64,000 bases of DNA, taken from a virus. This document shows positions 20,122-30,125 of the stretch, one piece after another. Within the stretch, counting starts at the first letter, position 1. Each line of letters begins with the position of its first letter. The notes beneath the pieces are model-generated. The model ran no database searches, was not told the origin of the DNA, and was given only the letters and a program-made list of their open reading frames with translations. Made by a program: the position numbers and the translations under genes. The DNA is taken from positions 20,373 to 84,372 of the IMG/VR virus record IMGVR_UViG_3300032116_000104; one strand, 5' to 3'.

Positions 20122-21429
20122 ATGTCAACAGATTGGAACAAAGTTTTAGAGTATCTTCAGCCGAAGATGCCTGGGTTTTGTCCAGAACAGCCATCCATAA
20201 CCCAGAAGGTATTTCTAAGAACCTATGCCATTGAGGCGCTGTTCGGGGGAGCGGCTGGTGGAGGCAAGTCATCCGCTCTTCTGATGTCAGCATTGCAGTA
20301 TGTGGATATTCCTGGCTATTCAGCCATTCTTTTCCGCCGCACCTTCGCTGACTTGTCGCTCCCAGGAGCACTCATGGACCGCTTCAAGTCATGGATTGAC
20401 AATTACGACGACGTTCATTGGAACGCCAACTCCTATGTTGCGACTTTCCCATCTGGGGCCAGAATCTCCTTCGGATACCTGAACAACACGAACGACTACC
20501 TCCGATACAAGGGTTCTGAGTTCCAGTTCATCGGCATGGATGAGGTCACTGAAATTCGTGAATCTGACTATAGGTACCTGTTCTCCCGACTGCGTCGCCC
20601 TGCTACTGGACCACTTTCCAAGGTTCCCCTCCGAATGAGGGCCGCATCCAACCCAGCACCCAACTGGGTGAGACAAAGATTTATTGTTGAGGGCATTGAT
20701 AATGGCAGAATTTTCGTGCCCTCCAAACTGACCGACAACCCTGGAATTGATGCCACCTCGTACCGTCAAGCCCTTTCTGCCCTTGACCCTATTGAGAGAA
20801 GAAGGCTGGAGGAGGGCGACTGGTTTGCCACCACCCTAGGGACGCTCTTTGACAGAACATCGGCAATCATCATTGACCACTCAGAAATACCTCAGGTCCA
20901 GTCATCGGCTCGTGTTGTCCGTTTCTGGGACTTGGCGGCTACAGAGCCAAGTTATTCAAACCCCAATCCAGACTGGACTGTCGGTACATTGATGATGTTT
21001 GACCAAGGAATCGCCTACGTTTTGGATGTCAAGAAAGCCAGAGTGCGCGGCGAGAAGGTTGAGCAGTTGATTGCCCAAACCGCCTATGAGGACGGACATG
21101 CTGTCCCCATCAGAATGGAGCAAGAACCTGGTTCTTCTGGAAAAGCCCTAGTTGACCAATACGCAAGATATGTGCTTCCTGGATACGATTTTCAGGGCAT
21201 TCGCTCTACTGGGGACAAGGTCACAAGGGCTAGACCATTTTCTGCCGCGTTTGCTAATGGCAATGTCAGGGTCGCAAGGGGGGCATGGCTGACTGATTGG
21301 CTTGATGAATTTTCGTCATTTCCTGAGGCCTGTGACCACGACGACCAAGTGGACTCCGCCGTAGGAGCATTCACATATTTGGCTGGACTTGGGTTGCCAC
21401 AGAGACGAGCAATCAGTATCATCGTCTAG
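20122..21429 (+). CDS. terL: Terminase large subunit
   Basis: Walker A GGAAGGGKS, Walker B FIGMDE, ASNP, RFWDLA and HDDQVD nuclease motifs; GGAGGG RBS before ATG 20122. Confidence 0.95.
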   Translation: MSTDWNKVLEYLQPKMPGFCPEQPSITQKVFLRTYAIEALFGGAAGGGKSSALLMSALQYVDIPGYSAILFRRTFADLSLPGALMDRFKSWIDNYDDVHWNANSYVATFPSGARISFGYLNNTNDYLRYKGSEFQFIGMDEVTEIRESDYRYLFSRLRRPATGPLSKVPLRMRAASNPAPNWVRQRFIVEGIDNGRIFVPSKLTDNPGIDATSYRQALSALDPIERRRLEEGDWFATTLGTLFDRTSAIIIDHSEIPQVQSSARVVRFWDLAATEPSYSNPNPDWTVGTLMMFDQGIAYVLDVKKARVRGEKVEQLIAQTAYEDGHAVPIRMEQEPGSSGKALVDQYARYVLPGYDFQGIRSTGDKVTRARPFSAAFANGNVRVARGAWLTDWLDEFSSFPEACDHDDQVDSAVGAFTYLAGLGLPQRRAISIIV

Positions 21430-21454
21430 CAAACCCGACTTACTAGGAGAATAA

Positions 21455-21970
21455 GTGGTCCCAGACGACCTCAGAGTTGCCATTGGCGCACTCAGACAAA
21501 CAATCCTTGACCTTGATGCCATGGTCTTGGAATATTCATATGCCGAGCCGACGATGGAGCATGCCTCTGAGGCACTTCTTCAACTCAATCTCGCAAAAAG
21601 GGACGTTGCCTCCGTCTACGACGGTCTTGCCGCCTTCGTGTCTCACTTGATGGAAAACTTGTCCACCAAAGACCTTGCGCTTTCCAATGGTGCCCAAATT
21701 GAGCGCAAAGTTGCTTTTGACAGAAAAGGCTGGCGTCACGCTGACCTTGCCAGGGATGTGGCGCACAGGCTTATTGAGTCTTCCGTGGATATGGACACTG
21801 GTGAGGTGTTGTTGACAAATGAAGAACTTGTCGCTAAACTCCTTGACTACGTTCAGCCCTCCTATTGGCGGGTTGGCGAACTAAATAAAATCGGCATCAA
21901 CGCCGATAATTACTGCGAAACTGGCGAAGCAAAAGCCAGCCTTGTTGTTAGAAAAGGAGAAAACCAATGA
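21455..21970 (+). CDS. Hypothetical protein (recombination module)
   Basis: AGGAG RBS; coupled to the next gene. Confidence 0.75.
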   Translation: MVPDDLRVAIGALRQTILDLDAMVLEYSYAEPTMEHASEALLQLNLAKRDVASVYDGLAAFVSHLMENLSTKDLALSNGAQIERKVAFDRKGWRHADLARDVAHRLIESSVDMDTGEVLLTNEELVAKLLDYVQPSYWRVGELNKIGINADNYCETGEAKASLVVRKGENQ

Positions 21971-22635
21971 GTGATATTTACAAGCAGTTTGCCGAACCCT
22001 TCCCCAAGGAAGTTGAGCGTCAACTCAAGAAAGGTGGGGCGTACCTCACCTACATTCCCGTCAGCGAGGTCATCACCAGACTCAACAAGGTTGTTGGCGT
22101 TGGTCGCTGGAACTTCCAAATCAACAAGTGCGAGCGTGACGCTCTTGACCCTGATTTCATCGTCGCCCATGTGACCCTTGAGGCAATCATTGAGAATCCC
22201 GCTGGTCAGAACGTCCTCGTCAAGCGAGACGGTATCGGTGGGCAGAAAATCAAGCGCACTAAGCAGGACGACATTGTTGACCTCGGTGACGAGATGAAGG
22301 GCGCCGTGTCCGACGCACTCAAGAAAGCAGCACAGACTCTTGGCATTGGCCTCTACCTCGCTCGCACCGAAGAGGCGATGGAATACGATGTGGTTGAGGA
22401 GGCTCCTCAGGTTGCTCCGAAGATTTCCCAGTTGTGGGAACAGTTTGTTTCCCTCAGCAAGTCTCTCAGCGCAGACCAGCGCAATGAGTTGAACTCTTTC
22501 TGGACCAACTGGTCTGGTGGTGCCCCCAAGCCCACGAAGACCACGGCAACGGAAGAACAACTTGATGCTCTCATCACACAGTGCGTCGCTCTTTCGCTAA
22601 ACGCCACTGTTGTGGATGAAGATGCCGATTCATAA
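21967..22635 (+). CDS. Rad52/Rad22-like single-strand annealing protein
   Basis: LTYI....VITRLN.V.G...W and KGAVSDALKKAA..LGIGLYL. Confidence 0.85.
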   Translation: MSDIYKQFAEPFPKEVERQLKKGGAYLTYIPVSEVITRLNKVVGVGRWNFQINKCERDALDPDFIVAHVTLEAIIENPAGQNVLVKRDGIGGQKIKRTKQDDIVDLGDEMKGAVSDALKKAAQTLGIGLYLARTEEAMEYDVVEEAPQVAPKISQLWEQFVSLSKSLSADQRNELNSFWTNWSGGAPKPTKTTATEEQLDALITQCVALSLNATVVDEDADS

Positions 22636-23386
22636 TCCGCCTCCTCATCTCTCTGCATCATCCATAGGCACTTTCAACCAGTGTCCGCTGAAATTCAAGT
22701 TCAGCAAAATTGATGGGATAACTGACGACCCAACAGAGGCAACCCTGATGGGAAACTTCGTCCATGACATCATGGAGGAGTTCTATCGTCACGACCCAGA
22801 ACTGAGGGATATTGCCCTTGCTCGCACTCTTGCTTCCAAGATTTGGGAAGAAAAGTGGCGAGATGAGGTAACCCCATGGGTGAAGGGCGACAAGCAACTG
22901 CACATGTTCCGATGGAACTCGTGGTGGTGCGTGGAGAACCTGTGGAAACTTGAAGACCCCATGAGTATCTCACCGACTGGACTTGAGCGAGAAGTGAATG
23001 GTCTGGTTGGCGGAGTAAAAATCAAGGGGTTCATAGACAGGTTTGTCGTCAATAATGGGAAGATAACCATCTCCGACTACAAGACTGGCAAGGTGCCCAA
23101 GCCTCAGTATGCAGGCGAGAAGTTCTTCCAGTTGAACCTGTATGCCCATCTCTTGCGCTCGGAAGGCGTTGGTGAACCCGAAGAAGTTGAACTCCTGTTC
23201 CTGAAAGAGGGCAAGCGGCTTAGGGACAAGGTCACCGAAAAAAGCCTCACCAGTGCCGAGCAACTTGTTGTGTCAACAAAAGAACAGATTGACGTTTGCT
23301 GTGAAACTGGCGAGTTTGAGCCAATAAAGTCAATTCTGTGTAACTGGTGCTCTTATCAATCAATCTGTCCAGCGTGGAGAAAGTGA
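22622..23386 (+). CDS. PD-(D/E)XK RecB-family exonuclease with Cys cluster
   Basis: HLSASSI...QCP, GFIDR, ISDYKTGK, CNWCSYQSICP. Confidence 0.9.
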   Translation: MPIHNPPPHLSASSIGTFNQCPLKFKFSKIDGITDDPTEATLMGNFVHDIMEEFYRHDPELRDIALARTLASKIWEEKWRDEVTPWVKGDKQLHMFRWNSWWCVENLWKLEDPMSISPTGLEREVNGLVGGVKIKGFIDRFVVNNGKITISDYKTGKVPKPQYAGEKFFQLNLYAHLLRSEGVGEPEEVELLFLKEGKRLRDKVTEKSLTSAEQLVVSTKEQIDVCCETGEFEPIKSILCNWCSYQSICPAWRK

Positions 23387-23892
23387 TGATTACCGACGAC
23401 GTTTTTGCTCGGATGGTCGCAGAAGAGGTGAAAAATCGCCTCTCGCCCAACCAAAAAATAATCCTGATGGAGCCAGAAAACTGGGGCAGGTGGAAGACCG
23501 CCCTTACCTATTTGGTAGAAAACCTGGAAGAGCAGATTGACAACATCAAGGCCGACGCAATCAACGATGCCGAGCGTTATCAGAAAATGGGCCATCACGG
23601 CAAGAAGTTGCTTGTTGAGTCAGAAAAGGCTTACAAACTCAAAATCACCAAGGTGGAGCGCTTTCTATTTCATGTCCAGCGTCGTCTTGATGATGTCGTT
23701 TCAATGATTGAGACTGGCGAAGTGGCCAAGTCAGACGGCTGGCAGGAAGTCTCGTTTCTCAAGAGGGCAATAACAAAACACCGCGCCATGCTTAGGGACT
23801 ACGACCTTGAGGAAACGGCTATTGATAGGTCTCTCTGGGATGCCCTTGACAACAGGTGGACTTTTGACGACATTGACCCTGGGAGCATCTAA
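23383..23892 (+). CDS. Hypothetical coiled-coil protein
   Basis: GTGA overlap with the upstream stop; GGAG RBS. Confidence 0.75.
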   Translation: MMITDDVFARMVAEEVKNRLSPNQKIILMEPENWGRWKTALTYLVENLEEQIDNIKADAINDAERYQKMGHHGKKLLVESEKAYKLKITKVERFLFHVQRRLDDVVSMIETGEVAKSDGWQEVSFLKRAITKHRAMLRDYDLEETAIDRSLWDALDNRWTFDDIDPGSI

Positions 23893-23893
23893 A

Positions 23894-24193
23894 TTGCGCC
23901 ACAGGTCAAAGAAGAAGGAAGCGGAGTACAGGCTACGCCGACCGCTGGTTGAGAGGCTTCTCAGCGAAAACCCAATGTGCCAAGCCTGTCCAGTGTTCGC
24001 TGAACATGATGGTGTGGCCACCTACACGCGCAAGCGTTCAGTAGATGTTCACGAGATAGTGAGACGCTCTCAGGGTGGCTCTATCCTTGATGAGAACAAT
24101 CTCATGTGCGTCTGTCGTGACTGCCATAGGCGGATTGGAAACTATCCGCAACTGGCTTTTGAACTAGGCCTAGCGAAGCATAACTGGCAATAA
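23894..24193 (+). CDS. HNH endonuclease
   Basis: CQAC, DVHEIVRRSQGG, NLMCVCRDCH; the TTG start is inferred. Confidence 0.85.
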   Translation: MRHRSKKKEAEYRLRRPLVERLLSENPMCQACPVFAEHDGVATYTRKRSVDVHEIVRRSQGGSILDENNLMCVCRDCHRRIGNYPQLAFELGLAKHNWQ

Positions 24194-24203
24194 TTTGGGC
24201 AAC

Positions 24204-24230
24204 AAAAAAGCGCCCCCGAAGGGACGCTTC
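24204..24230 (-). terminator. Rho-independent terminator
   Basis: Minus strand AAGCGTCCC-TTCG-GGGGCGC followed by T6, just after the stop of 24251..24601. Confidence 0.85.
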
Positions 24231-24250
24231 TCTGCAGTTTTGAAAACTGA

Positions 24251-24601
24251 TTACTTGTTGTAGACGGTGAAGGCGCACACGATGTTGGCACCAGCAGTGC
24301 CCGAGCCGATACCCGAGATGTCCAGGGTCACGATGTCGCCAGCGGCGAAATCGCAGTTGGCAGCAGTGAGGGTGCCGTCATCAGATGTGCCAGCAGCCGC
24401 GATTGAGAAGGCGGCAGCAACATCCGAACCAACCTTGAGGTCGGCGGTGAGGGCGGAACCTACTGGGGCGGTGGTAACTGCTACCGTGGCCGACGTGATA
24501 ACGCCAGCGAAAGGCATACGAACCTTGACCTCGCTCGTGGTTGCCAGGGTGCCTGGAATACCAAGCGTCATGGTAATTGGGGCTGAAATTCCTGTTGACA
24601 T
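24251..24601 (-). CDS. Putative capsid decoration/head fibre protein
   Basis: Small Ala/Thr/Gly-rich beta protein (MPFAG.I...TAP.G..LTAD...FAAGD.VTLDI); own RBS and terminator. Confidence 0.55.
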   Translation of the reverse strand: MSTGISAPITMTLGIPGTLATTSEVKVRMPFAGVITSATVAVTTAPVGSALTADLKVGSDVAAAFSIAAAGTSDDGTLTAANCDFAAGDIVTLDISGIGSGTAGANIVCAFTVYNK

Positions 24602-24687
24602 TAATGTTCTCCATTTGACTCAGGGGGACGCATTCAATATACCATCTCAACCTTGTGCCGATTGTTAAGTAAGATGATTTTTACATT

Positions 24688-25233
24688 ATGAGCAACATCA
24701 ACATCATCGCCCTGGACCTATCCCTGACCTCAAGTGGGGTTAGTTTCGGTTCACAACTCAACCTCATTACGACCAACAAACGTGGTGCAGAAAGACTGTT
24801 TCATATCTCCTCAGAGATTATGAAACTTGTTGTTGCCCAAAACATCACCCACGCTGTTATTGAGGGCTACTCATTTGCCTCTCGCAATAGTCAAGCCCAC
24901 AGTATTGGGGAACTTGGTGGTTGCGTCAGAATGAGGCTCTGGGAAAACGGCATCCCATATGTGGAGGTACCGCCAACATCAAGGGCAAAGTTTGCAACTG
25001 GCAAGGGGAACGCCTCTAAGGGAGAAGTTATTTCTGCCATATCTGCCAAAACTGGAATTGTCTTTGCTGGCTCTGGGGGGAACGACATGTGCGATGCATG
25101 GGTTCTGATGGAAATGGCCCAAGCCAGGCTCGGACTGTCCGAATGGTCATGGTCAAAAACCCAACTGGAAGCACTGGACAAAGTTGACTGGTCCCCGCTA
25201 GAATCGGGGACCACTACAACAAACGGAGAATAA
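24688..25233 (+). CDS. ruvC: RuvC-like Holliday junction resolvase
   Basis: ALDLSLTSSG, VIEGY, KFATGKGNA.K, DMCDA catalytic pattern. Confidence 0.9.
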   Translation: MSNINIIALDLSLTSSGVSFGSQLNLITTNKRGAERLFHISSEIMKLVVAQNITHAVIEGYSFASRNSQAHSIGELGGCVRMRLWENGIPYVEVPPTSRAKFATGKGNASKGEVISAISAKTGIVFAGSGGNDMCDAWVLMEMAQARLGLSEWSWSKTQLEALDKVDWSPLESGTTTTNGE

Positions 25234-25234
25234 A

Positions 25235-25582
25235 TTGATTTCCAGGAATGCTCCAATTAGTCAAGTTGACATTGAGCACGAATTGCTCCGACTGATTGAC
25301 GAACTTGAGGAAGAGACTGAGGCTTTTGAGAAGTTGGCTGAAGATGCCTCCAAGAAAGAGTCTCTCTACAAGTCCAACTGGGCAAAGGAGTACCTGTCAG
25401 CCAAGGGTTCAATCAAAGAGCGCGAGGCATGGGCCGACTACAAGATGGCTGACGAGAACTTTGACTACAAAATTTCAGAAGCACTTGTCAAGGCAAAACG
25501 CGAGAAACTGCTTTCTCTGCGAACTGCCATTGATGCCATGCGAACACTGAACGCCAATGTGAGAGTACAGGTGAATAATTGA
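25235..25582 (+). CDS. Hypothetical coiled-coil protein
   Basis: In operon; GGAG RBS and TTG start. Confidence 0.7.
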   Translation: MISRNAPISQVDIEHELLRLIDELEEETEAFEKLAEDASKKESLYKSNWAKEYLSAKGSIKEREAWADYKMADENFDYKISEALVKAKREKLLSLRTAIDAMRTLNANVRVQVNN

Positions 25583-26382
25583 AACACAATGTTGCGCAGG
25601 CACTTGAGGGATTGCTGGTTCCAATTGAAACCCTTATCCCACTTGAGAACAATCCTCGTCGTGGCGACATAGGCGCGATTATGGCCTCCTATGCAGAGTT
25701 TGGTCAGGTGAAGCCGATTGTCGTGCGCCCCAATGAAGACGGCACATCAACTGTTATTGCTGGTAACCACCAACTAGAGGCAGCCAGGCGTCTTGGGTGG
25801 AGCCACATTGCCGCCGTCGGCTATGAAGTGGACGACAGCAGGGCTATTGCTTTTGCTCTTGCTGACAACCGCACGATGGAACTTGGACACACTGAGGCAT
25901 CAGCACTCAATGAGATGTTGGTTGAGGTGGCGGATATTTATCCAGAGTTGTTTGAAGGTCTTGGCTGGGATGAATTTGAAATTGCCGAGATGGAAGAGCA
26001 GGTTGAGCGAAAGACCTGGAACGACGAGCAGACATCGTCCTACACGACCCCAGTGATTCAACCCATCATCAATGCTGCCGCAGAAATGGCTGGTAGGGCA
26101 ATATCCGCCCTGGTTAGCGAAGATGAGGATGGTGAACTGCGCATCAATGCCCCTAAGGATGCTGACCATCGGGAAATCGCCACACAGGGCAGCACTGTCA
26201 CTCAGGGCGGTGCGGCAACTGCTCCACAGGCGGTTGTTCAATACACAATCGTGTTTGACAACCCTCAACAGCAGCGTCGTTGGTATGAATTCATCAAGTG
26301 GCTTCGTAACGACCCAGCGGTTGCTGGGAACACGGTTGCGGAGAAATTGATTGACTTCATTGACCAACACATAGAGGTCTAG
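25579..26382 (+). CDS. ParB/Srx-like N-terminal domain protein
   Basis: NNPRRGD...FGQVKPIVV...IAGNHQLEAA..LG...LADNR. Confidence 0.85.
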   Translation: MKHNVAQALEGLLVPIETLIPLENNPRRGDIGAIMASYAEFGQVKPIVVRPNEDGTSTVIAGNHQLEAARRLGWSHIAAVGYEVDDSRAIAFALADNRTMELGHTEASALNEMLVEVADIYPELFEGLGWDEFEIAEMEEQVERKTWNDEQTSSYTTPVIQPIINAAAEMAGRAISALVSEDEDGELRINAPKDADHREIATQGSTVTQGGAATAPQAVVQYTIVFDNPQQQRRWYEFIKWLRNDPAVAGNTVAEKLIDFIDQHIEV

Positions 26383-26384
26383 TA

Positions 26385-27539
26385 ATGACGCGACAGCGGA
26401 TGTTTCTTGACATAGATGTGGTTGAGGCCGCGAGACAGAGGATTAGACATGTCTATGATACTTTTGATACTGTTTGCGTTCAGTTTTCTGGAGGAAAAGA
26501 CAGCACAGCGGTTCTTTACCTTGCTAAAGAAATTCATGAGGAGAGGGGACTCGGACCTGTAAAGGTCATCTTCCGTGACGAAGAGATGGTCAGCCCGCTT
26601 GTTGCCAACTACGCGATGAAGATTCGCGAATACGACTGGGTTGACATGGAGTGGTACTGCCTAACATCTGGCAGCGAGGTGTGGACTCTTGGCACTAGAG
26701 ACCCAGTTGTGCTCTGGGGTCATGAGAGGCGAGATACTGGTCGTTGGGTGCGTCCAATGCCACCTTTCGCAATCACTCCAGCGCACTTCGGAATCCCAGA
26801 TGGGCAAGCCCTGACGGAAGCAATTGATTACTACACAATGCAGGGCAAAAAGGGCAAAGTGGCCTTCATTACTGGCGTTAGGGCTGCTGAGTCAATGGTT
26901 CGCTATCGCTCTTGTGTGCAAAAATTGCACGAAAACTACATAGTTACCCCATACAGGCTCAAAAAGTCAATTCCGTTGAAATTTGCCAAAATTATCTACG
27001 ACTGGCAAATTGACGATGTATTCAAATTCATCACGGAAGAGCACAATGCCGAATATTGCGAGTATTACGACCTTGCGGCACTTACTGGCTCAAACACCAG
27101 AGTTGGCATTCCGCTCCACTCGGTCGCTATTCGCCGTATTGGTGACCTGATTGCTACCGAGCCAGAATTCTATGACAGGCTCGTGGAGATTTGGCCCAAT
27201 ATTGATGCCCAGAGGCGTTGGTGGCCAGAATTTGACATTGAGAAACTCATTGAGTACTACGCTAGCCAAGGCATTGACGGAGCGAAGGAGTGCATAGAGA
27301 CGCACTACTTGTCTGAGGATGATAAGCGACGGGCAAAGGCATATGTAGCCGACTTTAGACGCAAGCACGCCGCCGACCCTTATTCGTACCCCATGAACTG
27401 GCTCATCAGGAACATTTTGCATAACGAAATCTCCGTACATGCCGCCGCCCCAGTTGGGCCGAAGACAAAGGCACATACACTCAGAGTGAAGGCTGCACAA
27501 AAAGCCGCAGAAGAGGAAATAAATGAATATGAAGATTGA
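26385..27539 (+). CDS. PAPS reductase-family (IbrA-like) protein
   Basis: PP-loop FSGGKDS, FRDEE, GVRAAES..R, IYDW...DV. Confidence 0.85.
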   Translation: MTRQRMFLDIDVVEAARQRIRHVYDTFDTVCVQFSGGKDSTAVLYLAKEIHEERGLGPVKVIFRDEEMVSPLVANYAMKIREYDWVDMEWYCLTSGSEVWTLGTRDPVVLWGHERRDTGRWVRPMPPFAITPAHFGIPDGQALTEAIDYYTMQGKKGKVAFITGVRAAESMVRYRSCVQKLHENYIVTPYRLKKSIPLKFAKIIYDWQIDDVFKFITEEHNAEYCEYYDLAALTGSNTRVGIPLHSVAIRRIGDLIATEPEFYDRLVEIWPNIDAQRRWWPEFDIEKLIEYYASQGIDGAKECIETHYLSEDDKRRAKAYVADFRRKHAADPYSYPMNWLIRNILHNEISVHAAAPVGPKTKAHTLRVKAAQKAAEEEINEYED

Positions 27540-28080
27540 TTACATCAATGTTGATGAACTGGTTATTGCGCCATACAAGTCAACCTATATTCTCAGGCCA
27601 GACCTGTTGACTCTTTCTTCTTCCTTGATGGACCTCGGTTTCATCGCGCCAGTCACAGTCCATGCCTCCACGATGGAAGTTATTGACGGCAATGAGCGCG
27701 TACTCCTCGCAAAGAATGTCAAGAATATTAGAGAAAAGTGCGATGGGCTGGTTCCTTGCGTCCTGATTGATTGTGGAAAGTACGACGCCATGCTCATGCA
27801 TCTTCGCCTCAATCGCGGGCGAGGCGCTCTCGTTGCCAAGCCCATGTCTGCGATTGTGCGTAAACTTGTTGCATCAGGTCACAGCGACAGACCATCGCTG
27901 GATAGGACTCTTTGCATGAAAAAGATGGAATTTGACCTAATGATGGACAACACCATCATCAAGCAACGCAAAACCTCGGAACACAAGTATTCGCGCGCAT
28001 GGGTGCCAGTTGAGGCTCCGCCTGGAGCGGTAGAGAAGGGTGGCATCTCCATTGAAACGCCACCAAACCCAGACAGATAA
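27523..28080 (+). CDS. ParB-like (IbrB-like) protein
   Basis: GFIAPV...VIDGNER...LRLNRGRG; C-terminal YSRAWVP. Confidence 0.8.
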   Translation: MNMKIDYINVDELVIAPYKSTYILRPDLLTLSSSLMDLGFIAPVTVHASTMEVIDGNERVLLAKNVKNIREKCDGLVPCVLIDCGKYDAMLMHLRLNRGRGALVAKPMSAIVRKLVASGHSDRPSLDRTLCMKKMEFDLMMDNTIIKQRKTSEHKYSRAWVPVEAPPGAVEKGGISIETPPNPDR

Positions 28081-28117
28081 ATGCTACACTTGCCGTAAAC
28101 AACCCTAAGGAGTGTTT

Positions 28118-28297
28118 ATGCCAGGAGCAAGACTTACAGCGAGAGAGCGTACTGCCCGTTCATTGGGCCTGCTGCGTCGCCTTGGCCGCTCAGTCACGCA
28201 GAATGTCCGTCGTCGCGTCGGTGGTGGTGAGGTTGAGGCGGAGCGTCCAGTAGACGTAATCCGCGAGGGCGCCCGCAGACTTCGCCGTCGTCGCTGA
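28118..28297 (+). CDS. Small Arg-rich basic protein
   Basis: AAGGAG RBS, upstream TGC-TACACT box; about a quarter of residues are Arg. Confidence 0.7.
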   Translation: MPGARLTARERTARSLGLLRRLGRSVTQNVRRRVGGGEVEAERPVDVIREGARRLRRRR

Positions 28298-28335
28298 ATC
28301 TACGTGTCTATTCGGACACGTTTTCATAGGAGAAG

Positions 28336-28989
28336 ATGATGCTTGTTTCAGTGTCTGAATTAGTCACGTACATGGACATCTCTTTCTCGCTGCGCCAGCA
28401 AGATGCGGCAGAAATCGTTCTTGAAGGACTGCAGAGCGAACTTGAGGCTTACCTGAATAGACCCATTGAGTTACAAGAGTTTACGGAGACCTATGTTGTT
28501 CCTGGGGTCAACGACCCGATGCCGATGACATCGTTCTTCTACAACACCAGCACCGAGAGTTCTTTTTACACATATCCAGGCAATACAGCAAACTCAATCG
28601 TCAACTACTCAATGCCTCCAGAAACCATCTATTTGAGAAACAGTCCTGTAGTTGAGGTTGAGGAAGTCAAACTTACCCCATTTAACGGGGTAGAGAGAAC
28701 TTTGGAGACAACCGAGTACATCGTCAGAAGATTTGGCATTGACATTGCTAATCTCATTGGAAACGACACGGTAGAGGTCACGTACACCGCTGGTCTTGAT
28801 GGAACGCAAATTCCTATGTTCAGAAGTCTTATTCTCAGAGCAGCAACCCGTGAGATGCAAAACATGCATGATGACGTTGTGGGTGTCAAAGACCTAAATA
28901 CAAGAAATGTCGCTCCATTGGAGACTGGGTTTTCCGAGCGCGAACTCATGTCGGTCAGGAAATACAGAAGACGCAAGGTCGTTGGCTGA
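28336..28989 (+). CDS. Head-to-tail adaptor
   Basis: LVSVSEL..Y, E.YLNR, VEVTYTAG and C-terminal KYRR motifs. Confidence 0.75.
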   Translation: MMLVSVSELVTYMDISFSLRQQDAAEIVLEGLQSELEAYLNRPIELQEFTETYVVPGVNDPMPMTSFFYNTSTESSFYTYPGNTANSIVNYSMPPETIYLRNSPVVEVEEVKLTPFNGVERTLETTEYIVRRFGIDIANLIGNDTVEVTYTAGLDGTQIPMFRSLILRAATREMQNMHDDVVGVKDLNTRNVAPLETGFSERELMSVRKYRRRKVVG

Positions 28990-29483
28990 TGGCTAGAAAC
29001 AATAGAGATGTCTACGTCATAATGATTGGCGAAGATGATGTCTACGACCTGATGGACGACATGCAGGAAAGAGCCAAAAATCTCAAGCCAGTTTTCAATT
29101 GGGCTAAGAGAAAACTTGAACTCGCTAACGCCGAGAACTTCGCCCAGGCTGGCCTACCGTCTGGCGGATGGAAGCCATTGTCCCCACGCTATGGGGCATG
29201 GAAATCAAGAAACTTTCCTGGGGCACCCATTCTTTTTAGAAGCGGCAAACTGTTCAGGTCGGTCACTTCTTTTGCAGCAGCAGACACTACAATAAATGAC
29301 ACAAGTGCTTCATTTAGCACTTCGGTTGAGTTCGCCAAATTTCATCAGTACGGCACCTCTCGTATGCCAGCGAGAAAAGTCATTTTTGAGCCACCTAGAT
29401 TCGCCAGAGAACTGGGAGAAGAGGTCGCTCAGTATGTCGTTGGTGGCGAGAAGGAAATCGGCGCACTGGGTGGTGGCTCATGA
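28989..29483 (+). CDS. Virion morphogenesis/tail completion protein
   Basis: WKPLSP.Y, IL..SG.L..S, FAKFHQYGT..MPAR. Confidence 0.8.
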   Translation: MARNNRDVYVIMIGEDDVYDLMDDMQERAKNLKPVFNWAKRKLELANAENFAQAGLPSGGWKPLSPRYGAWKSRNFPGAPILFRSGKLFRSVTSFAAADTTINDTSASFSTSVEFAKFHQYGTSRMPARKVIFEPPRFARELGEEVAQYVVGGEKEIGALGGGS

Positions 29484-30064
29484 CAACTCCATACCTAATG
29501 CATGGTCCACAGTTTGCCAAGCAATATGTCAACGACTACCTTCAACGAGACATCCCAACACGACTCGTTGATTACCGCAATGGCTGGAATGTGGACGACA
29601 TCACTCTTCCTACTCCAGTTTCGTTTTTTACCTATGAGCCGCTGGCTCTGGACAGTTGGCCCACCATTATCACCGTGGCCATATCAACCAATGGCATGGA
29701 GAGAATTGACTTCTCTGGTTCTGACCCCCTCTACAACGTGACTTATTCAATGAGAACTTATGTTTGGGTAAGGACAGAGGGGTCGTATGAGTCAACGCTC
29801 ATGAGGGACAGGTTGACAACAGTGCTTCGCTCAGCCCTGCTTGACTATCCATGCCTTCAGGCCCAGGACCCAAGAAACACATTCAAGGCCGTAATTGACG
29901 AGTCGTCACTCAGAGAAGAATTCTCTGACCTCACGCTGCTCAAGGGCGACAGGGTTCTCGCTGGTTCCTACCTCTCATACACTCTTTCAATCCATGAAAT
30001 TGTCTCAAGAAGAACTCTTGGGCAAATTCAAGAGATTGATGTAACTTATGGGATGATTACCTGA
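29480..30064 (+). CDS. Putative tail terminator/neck protein
   Basis: Synteny and size. Confidence 0.55.
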   Translation: MTTPYLMHGPQFAKQYVNDYLQRDIPTRLVDYRNGWNVDDITLPTPVSFFTYEPLALDSWPTIITVAISTNGMERIDFSGSDPLYNVTYSMRTYVWVRTEGSYESTLMRDRLTTVLRSALLDYPCLQAQDPRNTFKAVIDESSLREEFSDLTLLKGDRVLAGSYLSYTLSIHEIVSRRTLGQIQEIDVTYGMIT

Positions 30065-30125
30065 ATTGGGCACACGAAACCTTTGCGTGTTGTACAATCT
30101 AGACATTCGGAGCATGGAGTAGTCA

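Noticed and set aside
22622-23386. Cas4 / CRISPR system
   Set aside because: No array or other cas genes; the context is a Rad52-like recombination module
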